DNA of 64,000 nt from Candidatus Nitrosomaritimum khambatensis. Lineage in GTDB: Archaea > Thermoproteota > Nitrososphaeria > Nitrososphaerales > Nitrosopumilaceae. Within the stretch, counting starts at the first letter, position 1, and the number at the start of each line of letters is the position of its first letter. Of the stretch, positions 44,407 through 53,722 are shown piece by piece. The translations under genes and the position numbers were made by a program. The stretch is taken from the NCBI GenBank assembly GCA_011773785.1, contig WVWY01000001.1:3085-67084 (forward strand), written 5' to 3'. The notes beneath the pieces were generated by a model. It made no database searches and was not told the origin of the DNA. It worked only from the letters and a program-made list of their open reading frames with translations.

Positions 44407-45599
44407 TTCCAAAAATAGATTCTGATATTGGAATCTTAACTTACTGTACAGATTTTCAAGGAACTGGTGGAAGAATAAAAGAATCTCCTGAGGATTTTGA
44501 AGTTTCTGAAGTAATATTAGAAAAAATAAAAAATTCAATTGGTGATAAAGGGGACTATGCTGTTTACAAATTAAAGAAGAAAAATATCGATACAAGTCAT
44601 GCTCTTTCTGACATTTTTAGAAAGAAAGGATTGAGATTAAAGTCTCTGGGATTGAAAGACTCTTTTGCTACAACTGAACAATATGTGTGCTCTAATAACA
44701 AAGGAAGATTCATTGATAGTTTTTCTTCTACAAAATACCTTCTTGAAAAAATTGGATTTGTAAAAAAACCCCTGTCAAAAAAGGATATGATCGGGAATCA
44801 TTTTAAAATCAAAATTTTAGATGCAAAAGATAATCCTTCTGAATTTAAAGAACAAGATAAAATACTGAATTTTTTTGGATATCAGAGATTTGGCTCTAAA
44901 CGTCCAGTAACTCATCTTATTGGGAAGGCTATCTTACAAAAAAACTTCGATGAAGCAATTAATTTCATTCTCTCATTTACATCTCCATATGATTCCAAGG
45001 AAAATAATGAATTAAGAGAAAAACTAAAAGATCCTGATAATTACTCTCAAATTTTCAATGAAATCCCACCACAAATGGATGTTGAAAGAATAGTTGTCAA
45101 AGAAATGATTGAAACCAAGGATCCTCAAGCAGCAATAAAAAAAATTCCTCTGACTCTTAGAAGATTTTACATTCAGGCGTATCAGTCTTTTTTGTTTAAT
45201 CAAACTTTGAGTAATTCTTTTTTGGAAAATGAGACACTTTACGAACCTCAAGAAGGCGATGTTTGTTTTGATCATAAAGATGCCCTAGGCAAATTTCTAA
45301 AAGGAGCAGATCAACGACTTGCCATTCCTCTTGTAGGTTATTCTTATTACAAAAAAACTCGTTTTGATTATTATATTTCAAAGATTCTTGAGATGGAAGA
45401 AATTTCTCCCAAGGATTTTTACATAAAAGAAATGCAAGAGCTAAGCAACGAAGGTGGGTTTAGGCAGGCTATAATTTCATGTTCAAATTTTTCAGTGAAT
45501 AAGAATATTGTAGAGTTTACTTTGTCTAGAGGTTCATTTGCTACCATCCTTTTAAGAGAAATAATGAAACCTGAGGACCCAATAAACTCGGGCTTTTGA
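44403..45599 (+). CDS. truD: tRNA pseudouridine synthase TruD/Pus7 family
   Basis: 'PEDFEVSEV', 'KDSFATTEQ', 'NFFGYQRFG' and 'LRRFYIQAYQSFLFN'. A GTGA overlap links it to the upstream gene. Confidence 0.85.
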   Translation: MIPKIDSDIGILTYCTDFQGTGGRIKESPEDFEVSEVILEKIKNSIGDKGDYAVYKLKKKNIDTSHALSDIFRKKGLRLKSLGLKDSFATTEQYVCSNNKGRFIDSFSSTKYLLEKIGFVKKPLSKKDMIGNHFKIKILDAKDNPSEFKEQDKILNFFGYQRFGSKRPVTHLIGKAILQKNFDEAINFILSFTSPYDSKENNELREKLKDPDNYSQIFNEIPPQMDVERIVVKEMIETKDPQAAIKKIPLTLRRFYIQAYQSFLFNQTLSNSFLENETLYEPQEGDVCFDHKDALGKFLKGADQRLAIPLVGYSYYKKTRFDYYISKILEMEEISPKDFYIKEMQELSNEGGFRQAIISCSNFSVNKNIVEFTLSRGSFATILLREIMKPEDPINSGF

Positions 45600-45616
45600 C
45601 CAAAACACTTGTTATG

Positions 45617-45823
45617 CTATTTTTTTAGGACTCTCATTACGATTCCAGCACCTAAAATTATTCCACCAATAATGGCAATTTGAAATCCATAGTTTTCCCA
45701 TTCTGGATTTGCATACATAAAAGATGACTCTGGCCCTACAACTGATTGTCCTTGTAAATGGAAAATTATTCCAAGAATAACAATGATTGTGCCTATCACT
45801 ACTAATGATAGCCAATACCTCAT
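45617..45823 (-). CDS. Small two-TM membrane protein
   Basis: 'YWLSLVVIGTIIVILGIIF' and 'FQIAIIGGIILGAGIVM'. I preferred this over the overlapping 45612-45839 frame because of its clean hydrophobic helices. Confidence 0.45.
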   Translation of the reverse strand: MRYWLSLVVIGTIIVILGIIFHLQGQSVVGPESSFMYANPEWENYGFQIAIIGGIILGAGIVMRVLKK

Positions 45824-45887
45824 CTCTTTTCTTAGGCATGGATACTAAAAAGGGTAAACAGAATTGATTAGTTGACCAAATGATTTT

Positions 45888-46616
45888 TTGATTATTCCTT
45901 TAATGATTTTCCCAGGATTTGATAAAATGTATAATTGGGCGTATGATGTATCAGAAAAACCCAGTCAAAAGTATCTGAATCTTGTATTGTTCTTATCATC
46001 AGCTGGTCTGGCGATAGTATTATTTCTAATATTTCTACCACAAATTAATGAAATTAACAGCGAATCCTCGATTTTACTTAATATTATGTTCTTACCTGCA
46101 ATGGCAGTTGGGTTTCTCTATGGAGTGCGAATTGCAGAAAAGGCAGTAAGGCCTTCTGAAACTCGTAGTCCTCTAAAAAGATCAATCGTGAAAATATTCT
46201 TGTTCTTTTTTGTAATTGGAGGTTTGTTTAGCTCCGTAAACTTTGCAATGAATGGAGGAAGTATAATTCCTCAAGCAGACCTATTGGAAGTTGGCCTAAT
46301 ACCATGGATAAATGATTTTGTTACAAACAATGGCGGTGCCACATTTCTAATTATTTCTAGCATTACTTTGATGGCAGCTGCAACAAAAAGAATTGTTGGA
46401 TTGAATGCTGGAATTTTAAACAGAATAGTAACTTTTGTTGGAACATTTGTTTTCTTTTCAATGTTGGCATTGAGCTTTTCGGACTCTGATCCTGGCTCTT
46501 CAGGAGTTTTTCTCTATACCTTTTATCAGGCAGGAATAATTGGTGGAGCATTTTTTGCGATGAATAGACTAACTAAAAATCTCAACACTTGGGAAGATTT
46601 TGCAAACGGTTACTAA
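45888..46616 (+). CDS. Polytopic membrane protein, unknown function
   Basis: About 6 hydrophobic segments; TTG start. Confidence 0.55.
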   Translation: MIIPLMIFPGFDKMYNWAYDVSEKPSQKYLNLVLFLSSAGLAIVLFLIFLPQINEINSESSILLNIMFLPAMAVGFLYGVRIAEKAVRPSETRSPLKRSIVKIFLFFFVIGGLFSSVNFAMNGGSIIPQADLLEVGLIPWINDFVTNNGGATFLIISSITLMAAATKRIVGLNAGILNRIVTFVGTFVFFSMLALSFSDSDPGSSGVFLYTFYQAGIIGGAFFAMNRLTKNLNTWEDFANGY

Positions 46617-46617
46617 C

Positions 46618-46905
46618 TCAATCTTCTAAATCTACATAGATTCCAGAAATTTCTGAATTTATTCTACTGTGATATTTTTCACAATCTTCTGTTATGAAGT
46701 CATTTGCCTTACATTCATTAAAATGAGCAGTATTTCCCCTCTGAATATTGTCTCCATAAAGAACGTCCCCGCCTATTGCTAGTGCAATAAGCCCAATTGC
46801 TGCTAAACTTGCAGAGACCACAATCATCGAATAGCCTACTTGTCTATGGTTGTGTGGATCCTTCATCAAACCAAAATCCATTGCACTTGAATTTAATCTT
46901 TTCAA
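46618..46905 (-). CDS. Small membrane-anchored protein
   Basis: Single TM 'YSMIVVSASLAAIGLIALAIGG', then a Cys-containing ectodomain. Confidence 0.45.
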   Translation of the reverse strand: MKRLNSSAMDFGLMKDPHNHRQVGYSMIVVSASLAAIGLIALAIGGDVLYGDNIQRGNTAHFNECKANDFITEDCEKYHSRINSEISGIYVDLED

Positions 46906-46959
46906 GATCTAACTCTAAATTTGGAAAAAAAGAAAAGAAAGGAAGGTGTTTGGTATACA

Positions 46960-47469
46960 ATGAGTATTCAAATTTTACAATATGAGTTTCTTGGACCAAT
47001 TAGATTAGATGAGTGGGGGCCACCAATGGAAAAAGTTGTGTACCTTATCTTGTCACGGGTAAAAGACTCCTTTAACATTGTTTATGTTGGGGATTGTGAA
47101 AAAACTGAAGAAAAAGATTTCTTTGTTAGCAATCCAAATTTCAAGTGTTGGATAAATAAAGCGGGTTCGGAGAATTCTCTTTATTTAGCAATTTTACCAA
47201 TGTTTGAATCAAATCAAAGTGCTAGAAAAGGGGTAGTTAACAAAATTCTTCAAAGGTATAGCCCTGCATGTAATGAAAACGAAATAATTGAAAAACCACC
47301 AGAATACAAAGTCCGTGCAAGAGAAGATTCAACCAATGAAAAATCTCAAGACTCCGAAAAAATTTCTTGCCCTTGCTGTGGTTCAGAAATGAAGGTTGAT
47401 CAAGTTCTTGAAAAATCTACCATCATAAAATGTTCAGGTTGTGGCCTAAGTGATACAAGATTAAACTGA
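46960..47469 (+). CDS. Hypothetical protein: degenerate GIY-YIG-like N-domain plus a C-terminal zinc ribbon
   Basis: 'YEFLGPIRLDEWGPP..KVVYLIL....FNIVYVGDCEKT....CW.......LYLAIL...S...RKGVVNKILQRYSPACN', then 'CPCCGSEM...CSGCG'. Confidence 0.5.
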   Translation: MSIQILQYEFLGPIRLDEWGPPMEKVVYLILSRVKDSFNIVYVGDCEKTEEKDFFVSNPNFKCWINKAGSENSLYLAILPMFESNQSARKGVVNKILQRYSPACNENEIIEKPPEYKVRAREDSTNEKSQDSEKISCPCCGSEMKVDQVLEKSTIIKCSGCGLSDTRLN

Positions 47470-47700
47470 TGATCTTGTCTTGTTTTGAACCTCAAATAAT
47501 TGCAAGGTAAGCAAATCAATTGCCTTTTTGAGGTGCTCAAATTCATTGACCGAGTGAATTTGACCCTCGACTAGTGCTCTTAACACTTTTACAGAATTTG
47601 TTTGAAATTCATCTTTTGCTAAAATCTCCATCGCATTAAGTTTGGAAAGTAAATTATCCAAGTTTTTTTTCATTTCTTCAGATGGAACATGTTTTTCCAT
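47461..47700 (-). CDS. Small helical hypothetical protein
   Basis: A 79-aa ORF with predicted coiled or helical character. Confidence 0.4.
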   Translation of the reverse strand: MEKHVPSEEMKKNLDNLLSKLNAMEILAKDEFQTNSVKVLRALVEGQIHSVNEFEHLKKAIDLLTLQLFEVQNKTRSSV

Positions 47701-47737
47701 ATCTAATTTCTCACCAAATTTCTTATATGAACTATGG

Positions 47738-47890
47738 TTAAAGTAAATCTTCGTCTATCTTTTGGATGGGGTCTACATACTGTTTACAGGTACATGTTGG
47801 AATATTGCATTTGCCTAATTTCATTATAGATTCGTTATTTTCTGATGATGAGTGTGCCTCATCAGTATGATGACAAAGACGGCAGTTCAT
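47738..47890 (-). CDS. 50-aa Cys/His-rich protein (not in the ORF track; speculative)
   Basis: MNCRLCHHTDEAHSSSENNESIMKLGKCNIPTCTCKQYVDPIQKIDEDLL. Confidence 0.3.
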   Translation of the reverse strand: MNCRLCHHTDEAHSSSENNESIMKLGKCNIPTCTCKQYVDPIQKIDEDLL

Positions 47891-47932
47891 GAAATGTCTG
47901 TTTTTTCCCAATATTTAAGCGAGAAGATTTTA

Positions 47933-48967
47933 TTATGGAATTAAAACAGCTCTTGCTTCTATTTCGGAATCCTTTAATTTTTTTAATACTTCGTTTGCCT
48001 TTTCTAAGGGAAACTTTTCAGAAATTACTTCCAAATTTTGTTCATCACATATCTTGATCACTTGCTCCATGTCTTTGGTTGATCCAATCAATGTCCCCCG
48101 AATTGTCTTTTCTTCAAATGCAACAAAGGATGGTCTTTCTCCAATTGTTGCAATAACTATCATTCCTCCTTTTTTTACAGCTTTAATTGCAGTGTCTGTA
48201 ACAATATCGGCAGGTGCAAAAACTATTGCTGCATCCAACAATCCATGTTTATCCTTAATTTCTTTTAGAAGATTTTCTTGGTCTGCAGAAAAAACTAGCG
48301 CATCTGTTGCACCTAATCTTTTTGCAACTTTTAGATGATGTGCATTTCTAGAAAAAGCAATGACATTACATCCTTCAACCTTTGCAAATTGGACTGCCAT
48401 ATGTCCAACACCTCCAATTCCAAAAATTCCAATCTTTTTGTGAATGTGTGGCTCTGCAGCTTTTACTGCTTTGTAGGCAGTAATTCCTGCACAAAATAGA
48501 GGCGCTGCATATTCAGGGGTCATATTTTGAGGAACCTTGGTAGCAAAATCCTGAACAACTGGAATGTACTCCGAATATCCACCCTTGAGAGATTCTCCTG
48601 TGATGACAGATGTTTCACAAAGGTACTCTTTTCCTTCTTTACAGTATTGGCATTTTTTACATGCCTCTAACAATGGAGTTATTCCTGCCCTGTCTCCTAC
48701 TTTGAATTTTGTAACATTTTTTCCGATTTCAATAACTGTTCCAACTACTTCATGACCTGGAACTGTGGGGAGAGTTGGTGGTATTCCTAATTCTTTCCAA
48801 TCTCCCTCTATACCATGAAGCTGAGAATGACATACACCGCAGGCTTCGATCTTTAAGAGAATTTCATTTGGTTTTGTAATTTGGTGTTTATCGATTTGTG
48901 TTAATTTTAATGGGTTAGTTTCAATTGGCGCACATTCAGAAAGAACCATTGCTCTCATTTTATCCAT
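47933..48967 (-). CDS. Zinc-dependent alcohol dehydrogenase (MDR family)
   Basis: 'CGVCHSQLH', 'GHEVVGTV', structural-Zn 'CKKCQYCKEGKEYLC', and 'GIFGIGGVGHMAVQFA'. The start is trimmed to ATG 48967 (MDKMRAMVL). Confidence 0.85.
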   Translation of the reverse strand: MDKMRAMVLSECAPIETNPLKLTQIDKHQITKPNEILLKIEACGVCHSQLHGIEGDWKELGIPPTLPTVPGHEVVGTVIEIGKNVTKFKVGDRAGITPLLEACKKCQYCKEGKEYLCETSVITGESLKGGYSEYIPVVQDFATKVPQNMTPEYAAPLFCAGITAYKAVKAAEPHIHKKIGIFGIGGVGHMAVQFAKVEGCNVIAFSRNAHHLKVAKRLGATDALVFSADQENLLKEIKDKHGLLDAAIVFAPADIVTDTAIKAVKKGGMIVIATIGERPSFVAFEEKTIRGTLIGSTKDMEQVIKICDEQNLEVISEKFPLEKANEVLKKLKDSEIEARAVLIP

Positions 48968-49051
48968 GTTGACAAGTTTTCCTATGGAAATTTTAAGATT
49001 GTTACAAATCTTTTTTGAAAATGTATATTCTACTAGATCTCTAGAAAAAAA

Positions 49052-49354
49052 GTGACTCAAAAAGGAAATTGGACCGAAAAAGATGAAGCTACTATTCAAG
49101 CAATAGTTGTCAATATGATAAATCAAAAATCAATGTTCAAAGATCTTGGAGAAAAAGGTGAATTATATGATTCTTTTAAAATAAAGAATTCTCGAGAATA
49201 TATCTTAGGATTATTTACTGGCATTGTAATCAATTTGTTTGCAAACTATTGGATTGGAGAGCATGAAGCAGGATTGCTGCCTGATGATCTGAATTACCTG
49301 TATCATAAAATTTCGTCTTTTGAAGAAGAAATACTACATGGTCTTTTTGAATGA
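49052..49354 (+). CDS. Small hypothetical protein, paralogue of 52280-52606
   Basis: GTG start. It shares the 'G(L/I)(F/I)(T/A)G.V....F......' and '(D/E)D(L/M)N(Y/E)(L/F)(Y/H)(H/Q)(K/I)' blocks with the 52280-52606 product. Confidence 0.45.
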   Translation: MTQKGNWTEKDEATIQAIVVNMINQKSMFKDLGEKGELYDSFKIKNSREYILGLFTGIVINLFANYWIGEHEAGLLPDDLNYLYHKISSFEEEILHGLFE

Positions 49355-49445
49355 GAACATTATCAGTTCATAACAATTGAAATTATTATCTCCAGAAAAA
49401 TCTCAAATACATTAGAAAAATATATGTCAAAATGCATCTAATTTT

Positions 49446-49682
49446 GTGCCTGAGAAAATCACTGCCGAAGATCGTGAACGAGTGGCATTATTGCAATTAA
49501 TCACAAATTCAAAACATGAATTTAACAAACTTTCAATTACACAACTGACCAGATTACAGGAACTCATTGAAAAGAAAGATTACAGCCACGACAAAAAGGC
49601 TCAAAAATCCAAAATGAAACTTTTAGGTAAAATAAACGTCCGATTATACGAATTAGAAGAAGGACGTCACCCTATGGGTTGA
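49446..49682 (+). CDS. Small hypothetical protein
   Basis: A 78-aa helical, charged ORF with a GTG start. Confidence 0.4.
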   Translation: MPEKITAEDRERVALLQLITNSKHEFNKLSITQLTRLQELIEKKDYSHDKKAQKSKMKLLGKINVRLYELEEGRHPMG

Positions 49683-49708
49683 CCAATTAGATACAAATAG
49701 TAACAAGA

Positions 49709-51751
49709 TTGTTTGGTATTGTGCCAAAAAATCATTTAGCTTTAGAAACCAGTCCCTATTTACTTCAACATGTAGAAAATCCTGTTGATTGGTATGGTTG
49801 GAACGATGAAGCACTAAACAAAGCCAAACAAGAAAACAAACCAATCTTTCTTAGTATAGGTTATAGCTCATGTCACTGGTGTCATGTTATGGCACATGAA
49901 TCCTTTGAAAATGAAGACATTGCGAAATTTATGAATGAAAATTTTGTGAGCATTAAAGTTGACAGAGAAGAGAGACCTGACATTGATGACATTTATCAAA
50001 AAGTTTGTCAGATAGCTACTGGTCAAGGTGGTTGGCCCCTTAGCATCTTTCTTACTCCTGATCAAAAACCATTCTATGTTGGAACATATTTTCCAATTTT
50101 AGATTCATACGGTCGTCCAGGATTTGGGAGTATACTCAGACAGCTAGCACAAGCTTGGAAAGAAAAACCAAAAGACATTGAAAAAACTGCAAATAATTTT
50201 CTTGATGCGCTACAGAAAACAGAAACCATTAAAACTTCAACAAAACTTGAACGTGTTTTAGTTGATGAGGCAGCTATGAATCTGTTTCAGATAGGCGATT
50301 TTTCATATGGTGGATTTGGGTCTGCCCCCAAGTTTCCAAACGCAGCAAATGTCTCATTTCTGTTTAGATATTCAAGAATGTCTGGTCTATCAAAATTCAA
50401 TGAATTTGCCCTCAAAACCCTCAAAAAAATGGCCAAAGGAGGAATATTTGATCAAATTGGAGGTGGATTTCATAGGTATTCCACTGATGCCAAGTGGCTT
50501 GTTCCTCATTTTGAAAAGATGCTTTATGATAATGCCTTGATTCCTGTCAATTATGCTGAGGCTTTCCAGATCACAAAAGACCCATTTTACCTTGAGGTAT
50601 TAGAAAAAACATTAGATTTTGTTTTACGAGAAATGACTTCTCCCGAAGGCGGATTTTATTCAGCATATGATGCAGACTCTGAAGGGGAAGAAGGAAAATT
50701 TTATGTCTGGAGTAAGGGAGAAATTAAAAAAATTCTAGGTGAGGACTCTGACTTATTTTGCTTGTACTATGATGTGACTGATGGAGGAAATTGGGAAGGA
50801 AAAAATATTCTTTGTAATAACATTAACCTCTCTACTGTAGCATTTAATTTTGGATTAAGCGAGGATGTCGCAAAAGAGAAGATAACTTCTTGTTCTCAAA
50901 AACTCCTTGAAGCAAGATCAAAAAGAGTAATCCCTGGTTTGGATGATAAAGTTTTAACTTCGTGGAATGCTTTGATGATTACTGCATTTGCAAAAGGATA
51001 TCGAGTTACAAAGAATAAGAGATATCTTGAAGCTGCAACAAACTGCATTTTATTTATTGAAAATCATCTCTTTTTAAAAGAAAAACTATTACGAACATAC
51101 AAAAATGGTACCGCGAAAATTGATGGTTATCTGGAAGATTATGCATATTTTGCAAATGCTCTAATTGATGTTTTTGAAATTTCTGGAGATTCAAAATATC
51201 TTGAATTGGCAATAAAACTAGGGAATCATTTGGTTGAACACTTTTGGGATGAAAAAAATAAAAGTTTCTTTATGACTTCAGACAGTCATGAATCTCTAAT
51301 TATACGACCAAAAAGCAACTATGATTTGTCTTTACCTTCTGGAAATTCAGTTGCGTGTTTTACCATGCTTCGATTGTATCATCTTACTCAGGAAAGAAAA
51401 TTTTTGGAAATCTCTACTAAAATTATGGAATCTCAGGCACAAATTGCGGCTGAAAATCCATTTGGATTTGGATTTTTACTTAATACAATCTACATGTATT
51501 TACAAAAACCAATGGAGATTACAATTCTTAATGATTCAAACAAAGAAATTGTAGAATATTTAGAAAAATCCTATTTGCCTGAATCTATTTTTGTGGAAAT
51601 AAATAATTCTCAAAAACTTGAGACCTTAAAGTACCAATTCTTTGAAGGAAAAAATTTTGATTCAAATACTACCACTGTTTATGTTTGTAAAGATTTCACC
51701 TGCTCTTTACCACTTCAAAAAATTGAAGATGTAAAAAATAATATTTCTTGA
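49709..51751 (+). CDS. Thioredoxin-domain protein of the DUF255 / YyaL (SPATA20-like) family
   Basis: '[56 protein letters not shown]', followed by a six-hairpin glycosidase-like region. Confidence 0.85.
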   Translation: MFGIVPKNHLALETSPYLLQHVENPVDWYGWNDEALNKAKQENKPIFLSIGYSSCHWCHVMAHESFENEDIAKFMNENFVSIKVDREERPDIDDIYQKVCQIATGQGGWPLSIFLTPDQKPFYVGTYFPILDSYGRPGFGSILRQLAQAWKEKPKDIEKTANNFLDALQKTETIKTSTKLERVLVDEAAMNLFQIGDFSYGGFGSAPKFPNAANVSFLFRYSRMSGLSKFNEFALKTLKKMAKGGIFDQIGGGFHRYSTDAKWLVPHFEKMLYDNALIPVNYAEAFQITKDPFYLEVLEKTLDFVLREMTSPEGGFYSAYDADSEGEEGKFYVWSKGEIKKILGEDSDLFCLYYDVTDGGNWEGKNILCNNINLSTVAFNFGLSEDVAKEKITSCSQKLLEARSKRVIPGLDDKVLTSWNALMITAFAKGYRVTKNKRYLEAATNCILFIENHLFLKEKLLRTYKNGTAKIDGYLEDYAYFANALIDVFEISGDSKYLELAIKLGNHLVEHFWDEKNKSFFMTSDSHESLIIRPKSNYDLSLPSGNSVACFTMLRLYHLTQERKFLEISTKIMESQAQIAAENPFGFGFLLNTIYMYLQKPMEITILNDSNKEIVEYLEKSYLPESIFVEINNSQKLETLKYQFFEGKNFDSNTTTVYVCKDFTCSLPLQKIEDVKNNIS

Positions 51752-51762
51752 TTAAGAATTTG

Positions 51763-52167
51763 TTATACTTTTCTTAAATCTATTTGGATTACTTCTCCAA
51801 CTTGAGGTCTTCCAAGTCGCTCGTATCTGTTTTTGGGCATTGCCATCGTGATTTGGGTCTGCTGATAACTTTTTACCTTGATAGTTGGTTGAGCTTGAAG
51901 AATTGCCTCAAGTAATGGCATGATTTGCTCTTTTGTTTCAGAGTCTAATTTTTTGGCAACATTTTCAATAATCATCTGTTTTTGAGATATTGGTTCAGTA
52001 GAAACATTTTCAATTAGAGTTAACTGTACCATTTGACCATTATCTACTATTTGTGAAATTTTAAACTCGTTTGTGTCTGACAACAATTTGATAGAATATT
52101 CTGGAGATTTATAATTACCGTAATGCAAAATATAATGATACAAAGGCAATTGCCACAGATGCTCCAA
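51763..52167 (-). CDS. Hypothetical protein; probably the downstream part of a frameshifted, membrane-anchored gene starting at 52207
   Basis: The ORF-track frame starts at 52167. A separate frame from ATG 52207 encodes MKVDGSKVIFGLGVGASVAIAFVSLYFALR* (a signal anchor) and overlaps the ORF start. Dropping one T from the T4 run at 52127-52130 joins the two frames. Confidence 0.5.
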   Translation of the reverse strand: MEHLWQLPLYHYILHYGNYKSPEYSIKLLSDTNEFKISQIVDNGQMVQLTLIENVSTEPISQKQMIIENVAKKLDSETKEQIMPLLEAILQAQPTIKVKSYQQTQITMAMPKNRYERLGRPQVGEVIQIDLRKV

Positions 52168-52279
52168 CTCCTAGACCAAAAATAACCTTGCTTCCATCTA
52201 CCTTCATAAACAAACCAGATACAAATTCAAATTAAATTGTAGCTTTTTACATTGATTTCTAAAACCTTGAAAAAAAGTA

Positions 52280-52606
52280 CTATTCAGGCACGGATTCTGG
52301 GTTCTCAGGACCCTCTGAAGATTCGTTTGTTGGTGCTACCAATGATTTCTTGATTATGGGTGCGCGCTCTTTTAGAATTTGATGAAACTCGTTCATGTCC
52401 TCTAGGCTTGGGGATTGTTGTTGATTTTGATATGCCTGTAAAAATCCTGAATATACACATCCTGCAATTATCCCAAATGCCGTATCTGTGATTGATTCTA
52501 TTTCTGGAACATAATTTTCTGCAATTTGCAAATATGATTGGGACTCACTAATGTAATAATCAATCAGACTGTCAATGAATTCTTTATTCTCTTTTGAAAT
52601 TGCCAC
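52280..52606 (-). CDS. Small hypothetical protein, paralogue of 49052-49354
   Basis: 'TAFGIIAGCVYSGFLQAYQ...LEDMNEFHQILKE' aligns with 'YILGLFTGIVINLFANYWI...PDDLNYLYHKISS'. Confidence 0.5.
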   Translation of the reverse strand: MAISKENKEFIDSLIDYYISESQSYLQIAENYVPEIESITDTAFGIIAGCVYSGFLQAYQNQQQSPSLEDMNEFHQILKERAPIIKKSLVAPTNESSEGPENPESVPE

Positions 52607-52749
52607 TAATTCTCTTAAAATTTTCTTTATTTAACTATCTCAAGTAAATTGTTGCCAATCGACAGGTTGTCAAAAACAATGCCGTAAAATTTGTATTTTT
52701 TAAAATTTCATTAATGTAATTAGTGGATTCATTAATTTAGAACATTACA

Positions 52750-53067
52750 TTAAATGAGAATCCTCTGAGTAAAAACTGTGTAAATTCCTACAACTGAAAA
52801 GCCAAAGGTAATCCCCGACAAAAGAACATAGACATAGTGTATTCTGTTAGTTAATTTTTCCTTAAGTTGGGGGATTGTCATGAATGGTATTACGACAACC
52901 AACAGGCTATAGTACAATAATCTCAAATATCCCCCTGAAAAAGATATTGAATACATAAAATACTTCATTGGGTCATCTGGCAATGTCTCTAATTCAAAAA
53001 CTTCCCCCATTGAAATTAAAAATGATAATCCAACTCCAATAAAAAACAGTTTAAGGGATTTTCTCAT
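52750..53067 (-). CDS. Three-TM membrane protein
   Basis: Hydrophobic segments 'LFFIGVGLSFLI', 'LLYYSLLVVVIPFMTI' and 'VYVLLSGITFGFSVVGIYTVF'. Confidence 0.5.
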   Translation of the reverse strand: MRKSLKLFFIGVGLSFLISMGEVFELETLPDDPMKYFMYSISFSGGYLRLLYYSLLVVVIPFMTIPQLKEKLTNRIHYVYVLLSGITFGFSVVGIYTVFTQRILI

Positions 53068-53102
53068 GCGCTTTTGACCTTGTAATTGCTATTTTTAGAA
53101 CT

Positions 53103-53519
53103 CTAGGTATCTCTTGGTTGTACATAATCTTTGTGAACGATGAGTTTGTCAAAACCTTCCTCTTTTGTTGGGGTTTCTAGATCTCTCAACTGCTTATTGA
53201 TTACTGTAAGGGGAAATGGGTTCCTTCTTCTTAATCTCCTATGTTCAATTAAACCCCTAGATGTATTCATGAAAATCCCTATCACGTTGGCATTGTATTT
53301 TCTTGCCAAATCTATGTGGGATTTTCTAATTTGCCGTGTCAGGTTGGTGTCATCAATTACTACACTTTTCCCCTTTTTGAGGCATTCTTCTATGTATTCT
53401 GATTCTCTTTTTCTATTGTTATTAAAGTAAGAAAGTTGAATGATCTCATGGTCAAAATTGGCCTCTATGTAGGTTGTTTTTCCACTAAGGGCTATTCCAA
53501 TCATCATGACAAAATCCAT
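53103..53519 (-). CDS. P-loop kinase (AAA_33 / polynucleotide-kinase-like)
   Basis: Walker A 'GIALSGKTTY', 'VVIDDTNL', and lid 'RRLRRR'. The start is set at ATG 53519 (MDFVMMIG). Confidence 0.65.
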   Translation of the reverse strand: MDFVMMIGIALSGKTTYIEANFDHEIIQLSYFNNNRKRESEYIEECLKKGKSVVIDDTNLTRQIRKSHIDLARKYNANVIGIFMNTSRGLIEHRRLRRRNPFPLTVINKQLRDLETPTKEEGFDKLIVHKDYVQPRDT

Positions 53520-53722
53520 GGATTCTATGCCACTTCCTATTTGATTACAATTTAACATATGTTTATTCTTTATAATTTGGAAAATTCAATTAAGAAAATA
53601 TTGAGAAAATCAACAATCTTTAGAAACCTTTTTAGCTAATTACCTTCTACTTGTAGTATGAATCAGGTTATGTTGGACAAACCTGTCACAAGTAAATTGT
53701 TATTTATCCAAGAACTATTGTT

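Noticed and set aside
45612-45839. 75-aa ORF overlapping the 45617-45823 ORF on the same strand
   Set aside because: Its product is Cys/Trp/Arg-rich and looks non-protein-like, whereas the alternative frame gives two clean TM helices.
47933-49126. Full 397-aa ORF-track version of the alcohol dehydrogenase gene
   Set aside because: The first 53 codons (MIYHIDNYCLNSSFIFFGPISFLSHFF...) look like translated promoter DNA. MDR-family dehydrogenases start close to the 'MRAMVL' segment, so the start was moved to 48967.
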